This document shows positions 59,982 to 64,000 of a DNA stretch of 64,000 bases, piece after piece. The notes beneath the pieces were generated by a model. That model was not told where the DNA came from and searched no databases. It saw only the letters and a list, made by a program, of their open reading frames with translations. A program made the position numbers and the translations under genes. The stretch is from Malacoraja senta. Taxonomy: Eukaryota. Numbering within the stretch: position 1 is the stretch's first letter; each line of letters starts with the position of its first letter. The stretch is taken from NCBI GenBank assembly GCA_038087875.1, contig CM075989.1:22260001-22324000 (forward strand). Direction: 5' to 3'.

Positions 59982-61274
59982 TGTATACGACAGGTTAAGT
60001 AAAACTGCCTGAGTTACAATAACATGAGGCTGAACGAGTTTGCAGACCAAGAATCTGAAAATGATTATGAACTTTCTTTTGTCTTTAAACATTGCTGTCT
60101 TAGAGAACCTGAAATTTCCACGAATCTTCCAGATCCAAATAGTCTCACGTTAAAATGATCTTTCATCCTTCATGTAGAGAACATGCTTTAGCAAAGTGCC
60201 TTGGTTTTGTCTGCCATGTTTGTCATGTGCAGTCACAGATAAAAATCACCTATTCATCTACTCATTTACAAGACATGTTTCAGTCTGGTTTGTCCATTAT
60301 TAGCTAGTGTTTCTTTTTATTATTATTCAGAAGTAATTTATACAGAAAATGAATGTTTTTCTGGACTGTCTATCAAATAAAGGCAAAGAAGTTCTTTCTT
60401 TATTGAAAAATTAATTAGAAAATGTATGTTTTCTTATCTGCCCATGATGTATGGACTTAAATTATTCAACAATGACATATCACAGACTTTGAAAGGATAT
60501 GTTAAGTCATTTCTATTGCCTTGCTCAGAAATTCTGCAATACCCTTAAGGAAGTTGTACAGTACATAGACTATTCAAAGTTCATGTAATTAATTTGAAGA
60601 AGTCAGTCTTATTTGTGGTCACAATTAAATGGACAAGGAAATAAACATTGCTTTGCCAGTTGTGAATGGATCAGGATCATCAAGAAAGAGCTATCAATCT
60701 TGCATTCATTTCTGTGTCAGGGCTGGGTCACCTCTCCTATGTTGAATCAAATTAAACTGCATGTTCTAATCATGCTGCTGCCACTCTGTTAAGTTTCCCC
60801 ATCACAACCTTACTTCTGCCACCTCCTTCTCAGCCTCGACATCTCGCTCTGGTACGAGTGTCACAATGTGGTTAGTGTGTGTCAACCTTTTACTGATCTG
60901 ATCAATCCACCAAATTTCCAGAGGGTCACAATGCCAATGAATAACTGATCGTTATTTGTCCTGGAAAGGCCCGATCTTAAATTATTTGCACGGTTATAGT
61001 CTATTATTCAATTTGTTGCAGTGTTAAATGCTTTTCATAGTAACATCATGTTCCATTGGCCATGATACAATTTATTTTATGATGGTATAAATCTTCTTTT
61101 GGATCCCGTAAGCTATATTTTCTATTCACAGAAAAAGAAGAGATAGTTATTTCATATTATTTCACACTGCAGAATCCTGTCTTACTAATTGCAAACAATT
61201 ATCTTTCTTTTTAAAGTTTTTTACTTGAAATATCGCCTGCATACATTTTAAGATAAATCTGATTTATTAATGCG

Positions 61275-61945
61275 TGGCAGTGTAGTGGTTTTGTTAAAGG
61301 AGCAGTATCTAAAGCCATGGGCAATTTATGAAGTATATGATTTAAAATAGCATTGGAGAATTTGAGTTCAAATAATTAAATACACAAAATTCTCATTTAC
61401 CAACCATAAAGCCACCAAATTGTTGCCTTGCAAAAAAATATCCATTGCGTGTGGGCAGCTTGGTGGTGCAGTGGTAGAGTTGCTGTCTTACAGCGCCAGA
61501 GACCCGGGTTCAAACCTGACTACGGGTGCTATAGGGAGTTTGTATGTTCTCTCCGTGACCTGCGTGGTTTTTCTCCGGGAACTCCGGTCTCCTCCCATCC
61601 TCCAAAAGCGTACAGGTTTGTAAGCTAATTGGCTTGGTTGAATTGTCCATAGTGTGTGTGTGTGTGTGTGGGTAGTGTTAGTGTGTGGGGATCGCTGGTC
61701 GGCGCAGATTTGATGGGCCAAAGGGCCTGTTTCCGTGCTGTATCTATAAACTAAACTAAACTAAATACTCTGGTTTACTGATGTCCTTTAGTGGAAGAAA
61801 TCTGCCACAATTTTCTGGCTTATATGATTCTACACCCATCAGTGTTGTTTATTCAACTGCCTTGGTTCAGGGGCAATTAGTGCTGGACAAAAGATGTTGG
61901 TACTGCCTGCCATGTTCACATCTTGTGAAAGAATTGGTTTAAAAA
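61275..61945 (+). mobile_element. Old decayed SINE of a different family, split by a V-SINE
   Basis: GGCAGTGTAGTGG head; CTGGTTTACTGATGTCCTTTAG..GAAATCTGCC..GGGCAATTAG..GGACAAAAGATG body resembles an ancient shark SINE (by-eye recall). Confidence 0.45.
61453..61765 (+). mobile_element. V-SINE (HE1-like)
   Basis: Full copy with internal (TG)n. Confidence 0.85.
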
Positions 61946-62054
61946 AAAACCACGGGGCTCAAAATCTAATCAACTTGTTTTCAAATAAATTATATTTTGA
62001 GTTGGTTTAATACTTCTTTATATAATATATAGAATATAAAACAATGTTGTAATG

Positions 62055-62622
62055 CTTATAAGGCACTTGTCAAACCGCATCTGGAATATTGTGAGCAGTT
62101 TTGGCCCCACATCTGAGGAGGGATGTGCTGGCTTTGGAGAGAGTCCAGAGGAGGGTTACCAGGATGATCCCAGAGATGATTGGGTTATTATATGAAGAGC
62201 GTTAGATGACTCTGGGCCTGTACTCGCTGGAGTTTAGAAGGTTGAGGAGAGAACTCATTGAAACTTACCGACTCGTGAAAGGCCTGGATAGAATGGATGT
62301 GGAGAGGATGTTTCCACTGGTTGGAGAGCCTATCACCAGAGAGCACAACCTCAGAATAAAAGGACGTACCTTTAGAAAGGAGATGAGGAAGAATGTCTTT
62401 AGTCAGAGTGTGGTGAATCTGTGGAATTCATTGCCACAGACGGCTGTGGAGGCCAAGTCAGTGGGTATTCTTAAAGTGGAGATTGACAGATTCTTGATTA
62501 GTAAGAGTGTCAGGGTTTATGGGGAGTAGGCAGGAGAATGGGGTTGAGAGGGAAAGATAGATCAGGCATGATTGAATGGCCAAGTGGCCTTATTCTGCTC
62601 CAATGACTTATTAAGTTATGAA
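62055..62622 (+). mobile_element. CR1 3' fragment (family B)
   Basis: LGLYSLEFRRLRRELIETYRLVKGLDRMDVERMFPLVGE...VVNLWNSLPQ plus tail. Confidence 0.9.
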
Positions 62623-62625
62623 CTT

Positions 62626-62869
62626 TTAGTTTAGTTTAGAAGTACAGCGCGGAAACAGGTACTTTGGCCCACCGCGTCCGCGCCGACCAGCGATCCCCGC
62701 TCACTAAAGCTATCCTACACACACAAGGGATAATTTACAATTATGCTAAGCCAATTAACCTACAAACCTGTACATCTTTGGAGTGTGGGAGGAAACCCGT
62801 AGACTGGATTGAAACCGGGTCTTGGGCACTGCAAGGCAGCAACTCTACCGCTGTACCAATGTGCTGCCC
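62626..62869 (-). mobile_element. V-SINE with internal deletion
   Basis: Tail, V-domain and head present. Confidence 0.8.
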
Positions 62870-63003
62870 ATTCATTACATACCTTGAAATATCAAAGAGC
62901 AATCCATAAATACCCAGGTTATTTGATCAGAGAATCACAGGATGCCTCTGCTCAGGGAGTGGCCCTCGTCAGACTTGTTGGTGGAGCTCCACGCAAGTTT
63001 ATC

Positions 63004-64000
63004 ATGGAGAAAGGGCGTAGGGGAAGGAGACGCACCGCAGGTAAAACCCAAGTTCCTGAGGGTAGCGGGCATCAATTAGAGGAGTCAGTGGCAGCGAGGC
63101 CATTAACTCCCGTTGCTGTCGAAAGTGCCGTTATACCGCCGGAGGCGGGGCGCAAGGCAGGACAAAAGTCGGCCCGACCAGTAGACTCCGATGAGTCAGA
63201 CCCGGAGGAATACCCTCCTCAGGCAGAAAATATAATGGCTGCTAGGGTCGCGAGTTTGGAACTTCTGATGGGGAAAATGATTTATAAAGAACCCCCACAG
63301 GAGGATTTCAGTCCGTGTTGGCCTATGGAGGATATAGCACAGGGGGTGCCTTGGATGGGACAGGCACAAGGATGGCCTACAGGAGAGCCATCAGGAATGC
63401 CTGTGCAGAAACAATACAGTGGTTGGCCTACAGGAGAGCCAGTGCCCGAAATGCCAGCAAAAAGGCAGTATATGTGTTGGCCTACCGGAGAGCTAGTACT
63501 AGAAATGCCTGAACAAAGGCAGTACAAACGTTGGGTGAGAGATGTGCCAACACCGACAATGGCTAAAGAAAAACAAATGAAGCGTTGGCCTAGAATTGAG
63601 CCAGCGCCAGCAGCACCTGAAACAGGGCTGCCTATCCGTGGGCCTCCAGGAGAGCCCGCGCAGGGGGAATCTGGCAGAGACCTTACTATGCAACGGCCAA
63701 TTGAAGGGCCAGGGCTAGACTTACCTGAAACAGGGGAGCCAGAAATTTCCCATCAAGAAGAGGAACATCTAGACTCAGATGATGAATTGTATGAGGACCA
63801 GAGCCCATTATCAGAGGTCAAAGTTCCAGGGCTGGCACAAAAGGTTGCTGTTCCCAGAGTAACAGGGGAACCTTTGAGAGAGAAAATAGCAATGACTATA
63901 AATTATCTGCTCTCACATCAGCTCCAGGAATTAACTATGGATGAGACTGTTAAAAAATATGAGACCCCGGCAAATTGTGAACTGCTAGCAGTCCCAGCGG
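63004..64000 (+). CDS. DIRS-type tyrosine-recombinase retrotransposon ORF1 (gag-like), open to window end
   Basis: Stop-free 332 codons from ATG 63004 (MEKGRRGRRRTAG...); ends TGEPLREKIAMTINYLLSHQLQELTMDETVKKYETPANCELLAVPA, resembling the KYxxPxNCxxLxVPxVNxxIW motif of metazoan DIRS ORF1. Confidence 0.7.
   Translation, partial: MEKGRRGRRRTAGKTQVPEGSGHQLEESVAARPLTPVAVESAVIPPEAGRKAGQKSARPVDSDESDPEEYPPQAENIMAARVASLELLMGKMIYKEPPQEDFSPCWPMEDIAQGVPWMGQAQGWPTGEPSGMPVQKQYSGWPTGEPVPEMPAKRQYMCWPTGELVLEMPEQRQYKRWVRDVPTPTMAKEKQMKRWPRIEPAPAAPETGLPIRGPPGEPAQGESGRDLTMQRPIEGPGLDLPETGEPEISHQEEEHLDSDDELYEDQSPLSEVKVPGLAQKVAVPRVTGEPLREKIAMTINYLLSHQLQELTMDETVKKYETPANCELLAVPA

Overview
Vertebrate non-coding genomic DNA, most likely from a cartilaginous fish (skate/ray-like; inferred from the repeat families, not from a database hit). 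I recognise no host protein-coding exon, so the window reads as a large intron or gene desert. It is dense in interspersed repeats: about 30 tRNA-headed V-SINE/HE1-type SINEs, many 3' fragments of three CR1 LINE families, Rex1/Babar and L1 fragments, about 35 short Penelope-like (PLE) pseudo-LTR units carrying a minimal hammerhead ribozyme motif, two Harbinger-type MITEs, and a DIRS-type ORF1 running off the right end. Repeat-poor islands between them look like conserved non-coding enhancers. Main observation: a 137-bp TSD-flanked retroposon (43367-43503, minus strand) whose 5' end folds into a complete 54-nt HDV/CPEB3-like self-cleaving ribozyme with almost no P4. It is inserted directly into a PLE hammerhead motif. 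Repeat boundaries are approximate unless a TSD is quoted.
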